The notes under the pieces are model-generated. The model was not told where the DNA came from. It worked only from the letters and a program-made list of their open reading frames with translations, and ran no database searches. Source: Nibricoccus sp. (lineage in GTDB: Bacteria; Verrucomicrobiota; Verrucomicrobiia; Opitutales; Opitutaceae). From it: 64,000 bases of DNA. The stretch spans positions 3,712,001 to 3,776,000 of the forward strand of contig JASGHG010000001.1 of NCBI GenBank assembly GCA_047602425.1, in the 5' to 3' direction. Below are positions 9,136 to 19,485 of this stretch, one piece after another; position 1 is the stretch's first letter; the number at the start of each line of letters is the position of its first letter. Both the position numbers and the translations under genes were made by a program.

Positions 9136-9993
9136 ATGACTGGCACCACCACGGACACTGCGATTAAAGAACGAGTACTGCGTCTGGCGCGGAAACTGCC
9201 GACATCGCCCCATATTTTTGGGCGCTTGGGCATGTTATTGGGCAATATGGACGCTGACGTCGAAGACATTGTGAAACTGGCTTCGGTTGACGCCGGTCTG
9301 ACGGCTCGGGTGATCCGCATGAGCAACAGCGTATTTTTCCGTGGCGACACGGCGGTTAGCACCCTCGGCGAGGCGATTGGCCGCGTGGGTTTTCGCGAAG
9401 TGCACAAGATCGTTGGTGTGGCCATGACCGATCAGGTGTTCCAAAGCGGTTTGCCGGTTTATAACCTCACGGCGGCCCAAATGTGGGAAAACTCCGTGGT
9501 GACAGCGCTCGCGATGACCAAGCTCGCTGCGGCTTCAGCCGAAGACGAGGGCATGGCTTATACGGTGGGTCTGTTGCGCCCGGTGGGAAAATTGATTCTC
9601 GATACTTTGCTTCAGATCGAACAGCCCGGGGTGCAATGTCCGGAAACGGCAAACTTCGATCTGCCCTCGTGGGAACGCGCTTGGGCTGGCATTACCAGCA
9701 ACGACGTTGGCGCCATGATCCTTGAGGAATGGCGCATGCCCGAGAGCATGCACCACGCGGTGCGCGGACACTACAAACCCGATGATGCGGCGGGCCGCAT
9801 GGGTGCGCTTTTGCACCTCGCGTGCTGGGTCACTCGTGAGATGGGCAAAGGTTTCAATGCTGAAAACAAGCAGTGGGACGTGAGCGAAGACGTGCTGGTC
9901 CGCGCCGGAATCGCGGCTGAGGCCGTGCAGAATTGCGTGCCTGAAACGCAGGAAGCTCTCGAGGAACTGAAGACCCAACTGAAAGCCGGCTGA
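9136..9993 (+). CDS. HDOD domain protein (paralog 1)
   Basis: LPTSP...DAGLTARVIRMSNSVFF...EAIGRVGF...AYTVGLLRPVGKL...WRMPE..HH. ATG at 9136. Confidence 0.88.
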   Translation: MTGTTTDTAIKERVLRLARKLPTSPHIFGRLGMLLGNMDADVEDIVKLASVDAGLTARVIRMSNSVFFRGDTAVSTLGEAIGRVGFREVHKIVGVAMTDQVFQSGLPVYNLTAAQMWENSVVTALAMTKLAAASAEDEGMAYTVGLLRPVGKLILDTLLQIEQPGVQCPETANFDLPSWERAWAGITSNDVGAMILEEWRMPESMHHAVRGHYKPDDAAGRMGALLHLACWVTREMGKGFNAENKQWDVSEDVLVRAGIAAEAVQNCVPETQEALEELKTQLKAG

Positions 9994-10134
9994 GTCTGTG
10001 GTTGGACCAACTTGTAGCGGTTTGGATGGTTATATCCTCCGCTTTATATAGTGCTGCCTGGCTGCCGCCGGACACTTCGTTAAAATTCGAATTTTAGCCT
10101 GTCCGCCGTAGGCCGATTTACCTAGTTATCTCCT

Positions 10135-10986
10135 ATGATGACTGCCCAAACCGCCCTCAGGGAACACATCCTGCGGCTGGCTCAAAAATTACCCACGTCC
10201 CCGCAGATTTTTGCGAAATTGTGCGTATTGCTGGACGACCTCAATTCCGATCCGGGTCGAGTGGTTGAACTCGTGGGCGTGGATACAGGACTGACTGCGC
10301 GCGTGCTGCGCCTCAGTAACAGTGTGTTTTTTCGCGGCAGCTTGTCGGTCGAATCGCTCAACGAAGCGATCAACCGCGTTGGTTTTCGCGAAGTTCATAA
10401 AATCGTCGGCATCGCGATGACGGAGCAGGCGTTCAAGGAAGGCCTGCCGGCTTATCATCTGGGCGCGAAGGAAATTTTTGAAAACTCCGTGGTCACCGCG
10501 CTCGCGATGGAACGCATCGCTGGCCAAGCCGGCGAAGACGAGCACGAGGCTTACACGGTCGGATTGCTCCGCCAGATTGGGAAACTTGTCCTCGGACGCA
10601 TTCTCGCGAAGGAGCGTCCCGGCACCACCAGCCCGATGGTCGGCGATATCGCCGCGTGGGAGCGGGCGGAGTTCAACACCACCAGTCACGAAACAACCGC
10701 TATCGTGCTTGAAGCGTGGAAACTTCCGCCAGCCGTCTGCAACGGCATCCGCCATCACCACAAGCCCGAGGCCCACGAAAAGGACGGCCCGCTTGGCGCG
10801 ATCATGCATCTGGGTTGTTGGGTAGCCGAACAACTCGGCAGAGGTTTGCCGTCCGAAGGCGCGATTTGGGAACCGACACCCGAACGACTGAAGCGTGCCG
10901 GAGTGAGCGAGAATTTTATCCGGGACTGCGTGGAGCAAACCGAGGTGGCGTTCGACAATTTGCGCCAACAACTCGGCATCGCCTGA
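10135..10986 (+). CDS. HDOD domain protein (paralog 2)
   Basis: LPTSP...DTGLTARVLRLSNSVFF...AYTVGLLRQIGKL...WKLPP..IRHHH; clearly homologous to the upstream gene. Confidence 0.88.
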   Translation: MMTAQTALREHILRLAQKLPTSPQIFAKLCVLLDDLNSDPGRVVELVGVDTGLTARVLRLSNSVFFRGSLSVESLNEAINRVGFREVHKIVGIAMTEQAFKEGLPAYHLGAKEIFENSVVTALAMERIAGQAGEDEHEAYTVGLLRQIGKLVLGRILAKERPGTTSPMVGDIAAWERAEFNTTSHETTAIVLEAWKLPPAVCNGIRHHHKPEAHEKDGPLGAIMHLGCWVAEQLGRGLPSEGAIWEPTPERLKRAGVSENFIRDCVEQTEVAFDNLRQQLGIA

Positions 10987-11211
10987 GTCTCTACGGGACA
11001 AAATCCGACACCGCGCGCACTGCGAATGCAGCTTCGGCTTTGGAGCTGGCCATTAGATTTCCGACACGCACGATGAGTTGCCGGAATTTCACACGGGATG
11101 GATGGATAGAGATTTCCCTCAGTCAATTTCTGCGTGAAATTTGCCACGTAATACGCAGCTCCGTAGCACGCGTTAAGGTTTACTAAATAATCCCCTTAAA
11201 ACCAACCTCGC

Positions 11212-13029
11212 ATGAATAATAGGAATCCCGCAACTCCGCTTAGTACCAACCCCAAACTGCTGAAGTGGGTCGAAGAAATCGCCCAGCTCACCAAACCGGC
11301 TGCTATTCACTGGGTCGACGGATCCCAGGAGGAAAATGACGCCTTGTCCGACCTGCTCGTGAAGGCCGGCACTTACATCAAGCTCAACGAAAAACTCTGG
11401 CCTGGCTGCTACTACGCCAAGTCCGATCCGGGTGACGTCGCCCGCGTCGAAGAGCGCACCTACATTTGCTCGAAGAACAAAGACGACGCTGGTCCGACGA
11501 ACAACTGGGCCGATCCTGTCGAAATGAAAGCCAAGCTCAAGGAGCTTTGCGCTGGTTCGATGGCCGGCCGCACGATGTACGTCCTCGCTTACTCGATGGG
11601 CCCGATTGGCAGCCCGATCAGCCAGATCGGCGTCGAGCTGACCGACTCCGCCTATGTGGTCACCAACATGCGCATCATGGCCCGCATCGGTTCGGCCGTA
11701 CTAAAAGAAATCGACAAAGGCGCGTTCTTCGTTCCCTGCGTGCACACCGTTGGCGCTCCGCTGGCTCCCGGCCAGAAGGACGTCACCTGGCCCTGCAACA
11801 AGGAAAAATACATCACCCATTTCCCCGAAACCCGCGAAATTTGGTCCTTTGGATCTGGTTACGGTGGCAATGCCCTCCTCGGCAAAAAGTGCTACGCGCT
11901 GCGCATCGCTTCGACGATGGCCCGCGACGAGGGTTGGATGGCCGAGCACATGCTCATCCTCGGTGTTGAAAATCCGAAGGGCGAGAAGACCTATGTCGCC
12001 GCCGCTTTCCCGTCCGCTTGCGGCAAGACCAACTTTGCCATGCTCATCCCGCCCGCCAGCTTCAACGGCTGGAAGGTTTGGACCGTCGGCGACGACATTG
12101 CCTGGATCAAGCCCGGCAAAGACGGCCGTCTCTACGCGATCAATCCGGAAGCCGGTTTCTTCGGCGTGGCTCCCGGCACTTCCGACAGGACCAATCCGAA
12201 CGCGATGAAGTCGCTCGCGAAGAACACCATCTTCACGAACGTCGGCCTCACTCCCGAAGGTGGCGTCTGGTGGGAAGACATGACCCCCACGCCTCCGGCC
12301 AAATTGACCGACTGGCAGGGCAAGGAATGGACGCCTGAAATCGCGAAAGCGACCGGCGCGAAAGCCGCTCACCCGAATGCCCGCTTCACCGCTCCGGCTT
12401 CGCAGTGCCCGACGATCGACCCGGCTTGGGAAAATCCCGAAGGCGTGCCGATCAGCGCTTTCATCTTCGGTGGCCGCCGCGCCACCACGATGCCGCTCGT
12501 ATTCCAGTCCTTCAACTGGGCGCATGGCGTTTACCTCGGCGCCACGATGGGTTCCGAAATGACCGCTGCTGCCGCCGGCACCGTTGGCCAGGTACGCCGC
12601 GACCCGATGGCGATGCTGCCCTTCTGCGGTTACAACGTTTCTGACTACTTCGCCCACTGGCTGAAGATGCAGAAGAAGGTCAAATTCCTCCCGGCCATTT
12701 TCCATGTGAACTGGTTCCGCAAGAGTGCCGAAGGCAAGTTCCTCTGGCCGGGCTACAGCGACAACATGCGCGTGCTGAAGTGGATCGTCGACCGCGTCAA
12801 CGGCAAGACCGCCGCCGTCGAGACTGCCATCGGCCTCATCCCGAAGTACGAAGACATGGAATGGACCGGCTTGAACTTCTCCAAGGATGACTTCGAGAAG
12901 GTCATGTCCTTCGACAAAGAAGCTTGGACCACGGAAGTCGTCAGCCAGGAAGAATTCTTCTTCAAGCTGCGCGACCGCCTGCCCAAGCAGTTGATCAACG
13001 AGCGCCAGCAACTCATTGCCCGCCTGTAA
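11212..13029 (+). CDS. pckG: Phosphoenolpyruvate carboxykinase (GTP)
   Basis: [60 protein letters not shown]; strongly biased codon usage. Confidence 0.97.
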   Translation: MNNRNPATPLSTNPKLLKWVEEIAQLTKPAAIHWVDGSQEENDALSDLLVKAGTYIKLNEKLWPGCYYAKSDPGDVARVEERTYICSKNKDDAGPTNNWADPVEMKAKLKELCAGSMAGRTMYVLAYSMGPIGSPISQIGVELTDSAYVVTNMRIMARIGSAVLKEIDKGAFFVPCVHTVGAPLAPGQKDVTWPCNKEKYITHFPETREIWSFGSGYGGNALLGKKCYALRIASTMARDEGWMAEHMLILGVENPKGEKTYVAAAFPSACGKTNFAMLIPPASFNGWKVWTVGDDIAWIKPGKDGRLYAINPEAGFFGVAPGTSDRTNPNAMKSLAKNTIFTNVGLTPEGGVWWEDMTPTPPAKLTDWQGKEWTPEIAKATGAKAAHPNARFTAPASQCPTIDPAWENPEGVPISAFIFGGRRATTMPLVFQSFNWAHGVYLGATMGSEMTAAAAGTVGQVRRDPMAMLPFCGYNVSDYFAHWLKMQKKVKFLPAIFHVNWFRKSAEGKFLWPGYSDNMRVLKWIVDRVNGKTAAVETAIGLIPKYEDMEWTGLNFSKDDFEKVMSFDKEAWTTEVVSQEEFFFKLRDRLPKQLINERQQLIARL

Positions 13030-13057
13030 GCTCTGTCGATTGGTTCGTTATTTTACC

Positions 13058-13090
13058 AGCGCTCCGGCAAAACGCCGGGGCGCTTTTTTT
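13058..13090 (+). terminator. Intrinsic terminator after pckG
   Basis: AGCGCTCCGGC-AAAAC-GCCGGGGCGCT followed by a T run. Confidence 0.8.
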
Positions 13091-13091
13091 A

Positions 13092-13466
13092 TTATTTGGA
13101 ATCCGTGCCGCCGCTTTTGCCGGGATCAAACGTCTTCACATAGTTCGCCAGCAGTCGGCGGTCGGCTTCGGAAAGTTTTTCGCCGAAGGCCGGCATGCGC
13201 TCGTTGCCTCGTGCGTCCGGTTTACCATTGGTGATGGAATCAAAAACCCGCTCGGGTGTGAGTCGTGCCTGAAGGGTGGCCGACGTAAGGTCGACGATCT
13301 TCAGTTTTCGCCCCATTTTGGTGTGCCCCCGACCATCTTCACCGTGACAGCGAACGCAGTTCTCCACGAAGAGCTCGGCGCCTGCACCGGCCGCCGAGGC
13401 AGGCAATGCGACGGATCCGATTAAAACTATTAGGAAGAGCGTGTGGATTGGAAGCAGGCGAGACAT
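13092..13466 (-). CDS. Monoheme c-type cytochrome (secreted)
   Basis: Signal peptide, CVRCH heme motif, distal MPAF. Confidence 0.88.
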   Translation of the reverse strand: MSRLLPIHTLFLIVLIGSVALPASAAGAGAELFVENCVRCHGEDGRGHTKMGRKLKIVDLTSATLQARLTPERVFDSITNGKPDARGNERMPAFGEKLSEADRRLLANYVKTFDPGKSGGTDSK

Positions 13467-13474
13467 GAGGAATT

Positions 13475-15562
13475 TCAGAGTTGGTATTGAATTTTCGCAT
13501 ACACGATGTGCGCATGGAAGTCGTTGCGACCGGCGAAGGTTTTGTCGCGGTTGCTTGCGTAGGTGTATTTCAACGTGAACCGAACGCGCTCGGAGGGCTT
13601 GACGGTGTAGGTGAGCGACGCGTTATCCGTCTTTTGCTGCGAACCATAGGGCTGCGAGGTGCCGGAGTTGTCGTTGAAGCCATTCGCGTGATAGAGCGAA
13701 TAATCGGCGTAGACGTCGCTGGTTTTGGTCAGCGCATAGCCGACGGAGAACGATGCGTTGAAGTAGTTGTTGTCCGAATTGAGCACGATCGAGGCTGCAG
13801 GCGTGGCGAGTTGATCGTACACCAGGCTGCCGGAGCCGGTGAAGAAAAGCCGTGGCACCGGCGACCAATTGACGCTCTGGCTGATGATGTGCCCGGTGTA
13901 ACGTCCGCTTTGCGTAGCGGGGATTCCGTCAAAGCGCGCGAACGAGCGGCCAAACTGGGCGTCATAGCGGGTGACGAGGCTAAGTGTTGCGTGGGCCCGC
14001 CACGAAGCGCGGAGATTGAAGTCGTGAAGATCGAAACGATGATTGCGCACGAAAGCCGGATATCGGTCGGCGGTGCCCGGGAGCGTGCTGTCAATTGGAG
14101 CTTTATAATAGTTATCCTGGACGCGGAAGAAATATTCCGAGGCAAATGTGAGCTTGGGGCGTGCGTACCAGTTGGCCGAAAGCGCATATTTTTCGAAATG
14201 GCGCGCGTAGTCCGTGCTGCGCTGGATCGATGGAACACCCGTCGCTGTTGGATAAAGCATTTCATCCAAATCGCCGAGAGCGGAACGCCATTCGCCGCGC
14301 AGATTATAAGTCCAGGACGGGAGGCCAGTGTAGCGGACGTCGAGAGTACCGGTGAGCTGATCTTCCTGTTTTTCCGAAGTGGCACCGGTATCGATGGCAG
14401 AGGTGACCAAATTATTTTGGACATTGGTCGCAACGAAAGTCGAAAGCGTGTCCTGGTGAAGATGCTGGTAGCGGAGGTCGGCCCGGGTCGTCCAATTTTT
14501 AAACGGCACGTACACCGCATTCAGATTGCCGACGTACTGCTTCAGATGCGTGCTGCCATCCAATCCGAGATAACCGATATCGCCAGCTTGGCGACGCGCG
14601 AAAACCGGATCGTAGATCGCGTCGTTGGCGGCTCCGAAGATGCGATTGCCCTCAAGCGCGGTGTCGATTGACGAGTACAAACCTCCAGCGGAAACGCGGA
14701 AGTTTTGGTTGAATTCATGCTCGACGATGGCGTGGCTGCTAAACAAGTCGGAATCGACAACTTCTCGGGTGGTGGAGACACGTTCCGCTGCAGCTTCGCC
14801 GGGGCGGCGGGCACTGTAGCGACGATTGTCCTGCTCGCTGCGCTCGTAGCGGGCGGCGATTTCCCAACGCTGTGGACCGACGCTTCGGCTGATTTCGGCG
14901 ACAAGGATCTGCCGGATCTCGTCCATGCTCAAACTTGCGGGTACAATCGCTTTCGAGCCGGCACCGCCCGTGAGATTGGTTTCGCCCAACTCGGTGCTGG
15001 ATTTGGTCCCGCGTCGCCCGTGGCGTTCGTAGCGGAGGAGAATTTTTGGACGATCTTCTTTGGCCAGCCCGATTTCGAGCCAAAGCTGGTCGCGCTTGGT
15101 CGCCAGACCCGGGTCGTAAAGATTGAAAAACGTACCGGTGGGAAGAAACGTACGGCCGGTGCCATTGTAGTAAGTCGTGTACTCGTTGTAACCGAAGTTC
15201 GAATACAGCCCGCTCGTGTGATTCCAGCGCCCGGCAAAGCGATAGTCGTCATCTCCTGGTAGGAGGTGGCCGTCGAGCGAAAGAGTGTAGCGATTGTTTT
15301 CCCGCGAGTAGCGAAAATCTTCGAGCCCGCCGGAAAAACCCGTGCGTCGGCGGAAAAGCTCCTGGAAGGCGGCTTTATTACCGGAAACGCTGGCTTGTGT
15401 CGCGGACACGGCGACGAGGCTATTCGTGTCGATGGAGTTGTCTGCGTCGGTAGCGGCCTGCGCAAGCGCTGACACCGAACCAATTGCAAGGAATAGCCTC
15501 AGAGTCCATCGGGACAGTGGCGTTTTGTGCGGGAAGGAGCCGAAGATGGGCATATTTTGCAT
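13475..15562 (-). CDS. Large outer-membrane beta-barrel, MtrB/PioB-like
   Basis: 695 aa, signal peptide, alternating amphipathic beta-strands, C-terminal YAKIQYQL; directly downstream of an MtrA-like multiheme cytochrome. Confidence 0.7.
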   Translation of the reverse strand: MQNMPIFGSFPHKTPLSRWTLRLFLAIGSVSALAQAATDADNSIDTNSLVAVSATQASVSGNKAAFQELFRRRTGFSGGLEDFRYSRENNRYTLSLDGHLLPGDDDYRFAGRWNHTSGLYSNFGYNEYTTYYNGTGRTFLPTGTFFNLYDPGLATKRDQLWLEIGLAKEDRPKILLRYERHGRRGTKSSTELGETNLTGGAGSKAIVPASLSMDEIRQILVAEISRSVGPQRWEIAARYERSEQDNRRYSARRPGEAAAERVSTTREVVDSDLFSSHAIVEHEFNQNFRVSAGGLYSSIDTALEGNRIFGAANDAIYDPVFARRQAGDIGYLGLDGSTHLKQYVGNLNAVYVPFKNWTTRADLRYQHLHQDTLSTFVATNVQNNLVTSAIDTGATSEKQEDQLTGTLDVRYTGLPSWTYNLRGEWRSALGDLDEMLYPTATGVPSIQRSTDYARHFEKYALSANWYARPKLTFASEYFFRVQDNYYKAPIDSTLPGTADRYPAFVRNHRFDLHDFNLRASWRAHATLSLVTRYDAQFGRSFARFDGIPATQSGRYTGHIISQSVNWSPVPRLFFTGSGSLVYDQLATPAASIVLNSDNNYFNASFSVGYALTKTSDVYADYSLYHANGFNDNSGTSQPYGSQQKTDNASLTYTVKPSERVRFTLKYTYASNRDKTFAGRNDFHAHIVYAKIQYQL

Positions 15563-15576
15563 GTTAGGCCTTTCTT

Positions 15577-16365
15577 CTAGTAGCGGAGGGTGGAGTTAGC
15601 CTGTGAGCCGTGAATGGCTTCGTGGCAGCCGGCGCTCCAGCAGGTACCGCGGGAAATAAGCGGGGCGTGATTTACGCCGCCGATGAGGATCTGACCGGGG
15701 CCGGTCTGTTGTTGAAAATGGCACTGTAGGCAGAGCGCCTGGTTTCGCGCCTTGAGCATCTTCTCGTTCACCGAACCATGTGGATTGTGGCATTGTACAC
15801 AGCCCTCGCGGACGGCCTCGTGTTCGAATACGAACGGCCCATGCTGGGCCCGGTGGCATTTCACGCAGGTATCGTTTGCGGAGGCGAGCTGCGTGCCCTT
15901 GCCGAGCACAGCGTCGCCCTTGTGCGGATTGTGGCAATCTCCGCACGACATTTTGCCGGCGAGGATTGGGTGGGCGTGCGGAAGTGCGGCCTCGGATTTT
16001 TTGTCGAGATGGCACTGAAAACAAGCCTCTGGCGATTGTTTCGGGTTTACGATGGTGCCGGCTCCGCCTCCGCTCTTCACGTGCAGGCTGGCCGGCCCAT
16101 GGCAGCTTTCGCAGCCGGTTTCGGCGACCTTGGTGGTTGAAGCATTTAGATTGGCATGGGTTGCATCGTGAAAAGTGCCTGTGATGTTTTGGTGGCACTG
16201 GGCGCATTCCTGGCTGCCCACGAAGACCGCTCCGGCAATCCGGGGTGGAGCAACCACGCTTCGATTCACCGAGGTGCAGGCGATAAGGACGACGAGGGCG
16301 TAGTAAAAACCAGCGGAAAGAAGTAAATGTCTCCAGCGGCGGCGTGCGGGCGAGGTATTTTGCAT
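15577..16365 (-). CDS. Multiheme c-type cytochrome, MtrA/DmsE-like, predicted lipoprotein with 7 CxxCH + 1 CxxxxCH
   Basis: CAQCH, CESCH(GP), CFQCH, CGDCH(NPH), CVKCH, CVQCH(NPHGS), CLQCH, CWSAGCH(..IHGS); GPFVFEH motif typical of the DmsE/MtrA family; lipobox LIAC. ATG at 16365. Confidence 0.88.
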   Translation of the reverse strand: MQNTSPARRRWRHLLLSAGFYYALVVLIACTSVNRSVVAPPRIAGAVFVGSQECAQCHQNITGTFHDATHANLNASTTKVAETGCESCHGPASLHVKSGGGAGTIVNPKQSPEACFQCHLDKKSEAALPHAHPILAGKMSCGDCHNPHKGDAVLGKGTQLASANDTCVKCHRAQHGPFVFEHEAVREGCVQCHNPHGSVNEKMLKARNQALCLQCHFQQQTGPGQILIGGVNHAPLISRGTCWSAGCHEAIHGSQANSTLRY

Positions 16366-16437
16366 GCTCTTCACGGATTGGTGGCTTGTTGCCACTGAGA
16401 GCAAAACCGTGTCTTGCGCGGGCGAAAGACGCTTTAA

Positions 16438-16453
16438 GTAACCGAACCGTTAC
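16438..16453. promoter_or_regulatory. GTAAC-N6-GTTAC palindrome upstream of the multiheme cytochrome gene
   Basis: GTAAC CGAACC GTTAC; a second copy lies at 20986-21001. Confidence 0.5.
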
Positions 16454-16480
16454 CCTTGCACAAACACCGTGTGCGGCGCG

Positions 16481-17728
16481 TCAAAAACGCAGCGTCAACT
16501 GTCCCGCCAGCACGTGACCGAAGTCCCTCCCGCTGTCTTCCGTGCGAATGAGCGAAAACTGAGCCTTGGCCTGAAGATGGGCGTTGATGCGGAAGACCGG
16601 AGCAAATTCTAGCGACGAAACATCGCGCCCCCATCGAATTTTTTCATCCGGCGCGACATGGATCTTTCCGTACAATTGCTGTCCCAGGCGGACCCCGCAG
16701 AAAAAACGCGCGGTGACTTTGTATCGGGTTTCCAAATACCACGAAAAGACCTCGGCTGCGTCCTGGTGCGGAATTTCAAATCGCGCCGCGAACGCCTCTG
16801 CCCAGACCTGCCAGTGATGCCAGGCAAAACTCGCATCCGCTCCGGTCGTGATCTGGCGGTAGTCGCGCAATTGGGCGCCACTTGGAAGGTGGGACCTGCT
16901 GTCGGATTCGAGATAAGTGCCGGTGCTCGCGGAGACGCCCAGTTCCCAGCTTGCATTTGGTTTGTAACCAAGGCGCGTGGCCAGCGCGGGCGTTTCCCGC
17001 AGGCCATGGGTGGTATTCCAACGGTAAGGACTGGCGGACAGGGCGGCATTTTTTACCTCGGCGGCGACACTGAACGGTCCGGAGAGCCAGAAAAGCGCCG
17101 CCCCCGAACTATAAGATGGGCCCCAAATAATCGGCTGGCGAAAATGTTGATCAGACTGTTCGCGATTCGCGGCCGGACGTGGGCGAACATGTGACCAGCG
17201 CAGTAAGTAGGAGGGGGACAAAGCGGGTTCACTTTCCCAAATGCCCGTCAAGTGGGAATAGGGAAGCGGCGCCGTGATGAAGGAGTTTTCCCAGGCGTTG
17301 TAACGCCGGGGCCAGGCGCCGACGACGGTGGCGAATTTGCCCGCTTGGATTGCAAAATCGCCGAGGGAGGCGCGTACTGCGCAGGCGCCGATCCTGGCGC
17401 GCAGGCCTTGGTCGCTGCCGGGGTCGTAGCCATCGTCAACCCGAACTTCGGTAAAGAAGTAAATGTATTTCCAAAAACGGGCGTCGAGCCAGAGCTTCAG
17501 TCTTCCTGCGTCCAGCTTCGTGTCTTCGGTGTAGACCGTACTTTCATAGGGCAACGTCAGTGAATAAGCCTCGGCTTCGACCGTGCCGCTCACCCGAAAG
17601 ACGAGATTCTCATCCTCTGAAGAAAAACGCAGGGTATCGCTTGCGCGGTCCAGCTTGTCGTCGAAAGAAGCGAAAGCCGAACCTGCGCAAACCAACAAGC
17701 CGAGCAATGGGGTGAGCAGGGGTTTCAT
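16481..17728 (-). CDS. Putative outer-membrane beta-barrel protein
   Basis: Signal peptide (..GSAFA), aromatic-rich beta-strands, C-terminal Phe (GQLTLRF), QAGKF..VG motif seen in porin-like families. Confidence 0.65.
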   Translation of the reverse strand: MKPLLTPLLGLLVCAGSAFASFDDKLDRASDTLRFSSEDENLVFRVSGTVEAEAYSLTLPYESTVYTEDTKLDAGRLKLWLDARFWKYIYFFTEVRVDDGYDPGSDQGLRARIGACAVRASLGDFAIQAGKFATVVGAWPRRYNAWENSFITAPLPYSHLTGIWESEPALSPSYLLRWSHVRPRPAANREQSDQHFRQPIIWGPSYSSGAALFWLSGPFSVAAEVKNAALSASPYRWNTTHGLRETPALATRLGYKPNASWELGVSASTGTYLESDSRSHLPSGAQLRDYRQITTGADASFAWHHWQVWAEAFAARFEIPHQDAAEVFSWYLETRYKVTARFFCGVRLGQQLYGKIHVAPDEKIRWGRDVSSLEFAPVFRINAHLQAKAQFSLIRTEDSGRDFGHVLAGQLTLRF

Positions 17729-17748
17729 TTTTATGCCGGCGTGGGATC

Positions 17749-19485
17749 TTATTTCACACGGACAAAACTGACGGCGAATTCAGTCCAGTCGTCTTCGGAG
17801 TGCAAGAGTTTCAATTCCCCCTTGTGCAGGCGGGCGAGTTCGCGTGCGAGGTTCAACCCCAATCCGTGCCCGGGAATGTTTTCGCCGACGCTGCCGCGAT
17901 GAAAGCGCTCGAAAATGTGTTCGCGGGCTTCGGGTGCAATCGTCTGACCCGTATTGCCGATGATTAAATGGACCGTTGCATCGACCGTCTCCGCGCGGAC
18001 CTGAACGCGACCGTTCGGCCGGTTGTACTTGCAGGCATTTTCCAGCAGGTTTTGCAGAATCAAATTCACATAACGTTCTTCGCCGGAGATGTAGAGTCCT
18101 GGCGGAACGGTCGTAGAGACCCTGAGTTGCATGGAATCGGGCAGGGCGCCCAAGTCATCGATCCAGCGCGACAACAAAAGCGAAAGATCGACTGGCGAAA
18201 AATTAATCTGGAGCCGGCCCGCTTCCATCCGTGAGAGCAACAACAAGTCCTCGATGACGTTGGTGAGGCGGTAGGTTTGGTGAACGAGGGCATCGAGCTC
18301 GTTGCACTGATCTTGGGTAAGATGAGGTTTAGCCAGCAATTCCTCGAGGTCGGCTCTAAGGACTGCAACGGGGGTCTTCAGTTGATGCGAGGCATCGGCG
18401 GAAAAACGTACCGACCGCTGCAGTTCGCGGTTGGTGGCCTCCAAGGCCAATTCAGCCTGGAGACGTAGGGCGCGATTTTGCACGGAGTCCTGCACGATCG
18501 ATTCGACGGGCCTGGCCAGCCTCAAGGCGAAGAATCGGCTCAAAAAATATCCAACGGCTATCACCAATAATCCAGCCCCTATGATGCGCCAGCGCAGCAT
18601 GGTCAGTTGCTCGTGTAAACGGGTGAGCGGAAGAACGGAGATTTCCACGGCAACCGGGTAAAGCGAATGGGGATTTAGCGTCTGTCGAAAAAGAAGGCAG
18701 GGCTCGCCAAAAACATCGACTCGCAATCCCTCGTTTGAACCGTTTTCCCTTGCGAAGGCCGCTTTCACCGTCGCTTCAATCAAAGTCGTGTTCGCCACCG
18801 TTTGACCAAGCGGATAATAGCGGTCGAGTGTATAGACGCCGTTCTCGAATTTTTCGATTTTGGCGGGATCGACTGGATCGAAACCGAGAACGAGGGCGGC
18901 AATGGGCGTTCCCGTCTCCGTGGAGATCACAGGCATGGCCACAATTTCATACAACCGGTCCGCTCCGTTGCGTACGGATTGTGGGATATAACCGAGTTGA
19001 GATTGCGAGGGCAGTTCCGGCAGCGAAAGCCGGCTTTCCTCATCATCGGAGAGTGAACCAATCGCTCCGGCATCGGAGGGCGGGATCAGTTTACCATTGG
19101 TGCCGAGAAAGCGGTAAAACTTGGCTTTGAGTCCGGGTGTGGCGGCATTTTCCGGGGTTTCGATAATATCCCTCAATTCCTCGCGCGCACTCGGATAGAG
19201 AAGATCGAGCGCATTGTCTTCCAGCGCCGCGTGGATTCGCGCTTTCTTCACCAGCGTGCGGCAACGTTCCAAAATGGCCGCGCGGCGGATCTCCTGCGCG
19301 CGTCTCAACGAATCGATGCGTTCCTTGAACGCGACGTGAGTGGTTCGTTCGAAGTCGTCCGCCGCTCGCTTCTCGGCGAAATAGAGCACGCCCGCCGTGG
19401 CGCCGGTGACCGCCAGCATCAAGGCGAGAAGCACGCTGCGGCGAAAAAAATAGGCGCCCGGCTCCTTTGAGGGAATCGCTTTCAC
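17749..19485 (-). CDS. Membrane sensor histidine kinase
   Basis: Two TM segments flanking a periplasmic domain; H-box SADASHQLKTP; NLLENACKY; IFERFHR; GHGLGL. Confidence 0.9.
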   Translation of the reverse strand: MKAIPSKEPGAYFFRRSVLLALMLAVTGATAGVLYFAEKRAADDFERTTHVAFKERIDSLRRAQEIRRAAILERCRTLVKKARIHAALEDNALDLLYPSAREELRDIIETPENAATPGLKAKFYRFLGTNGKLIPPSDAGAIGSLSDDEESRLSLPELPSQSQLGYIPQSVRNGADRLYEIVAMPVISTETGTPIAALVLGFDPVDPAKIEKFENGVYTLDRYYPLGQTVANTTLIEATVKAAFARENGSNEGLRVDVFGEPCLLFRQTLNPHSLYPVAVEISVLPLTRLHEQLTMLRWRIIGAGLLVIAVGYFLSRFFALRLARPVESIVQDSVQNRALRLQAELALEATNRELQRSVRFSADASHQLKTPVAVLRADLEELLAKPHLTQDQCNELDALVHQTYRLTNVIEDLLLLSRMEAGRLQINFSPVDLSLLLSRWIDDLGALPDSMQLRVSTTVPPGLYISGEERYVNLILQNLLENACKYNRPNGRVQVRAETVDATVHLIIGNTGQTIAPEAREHIFERFHRGSVGENIPGHGLGLNLARELARLHKGELKLLHSEDDWTEFAVSFVRVK

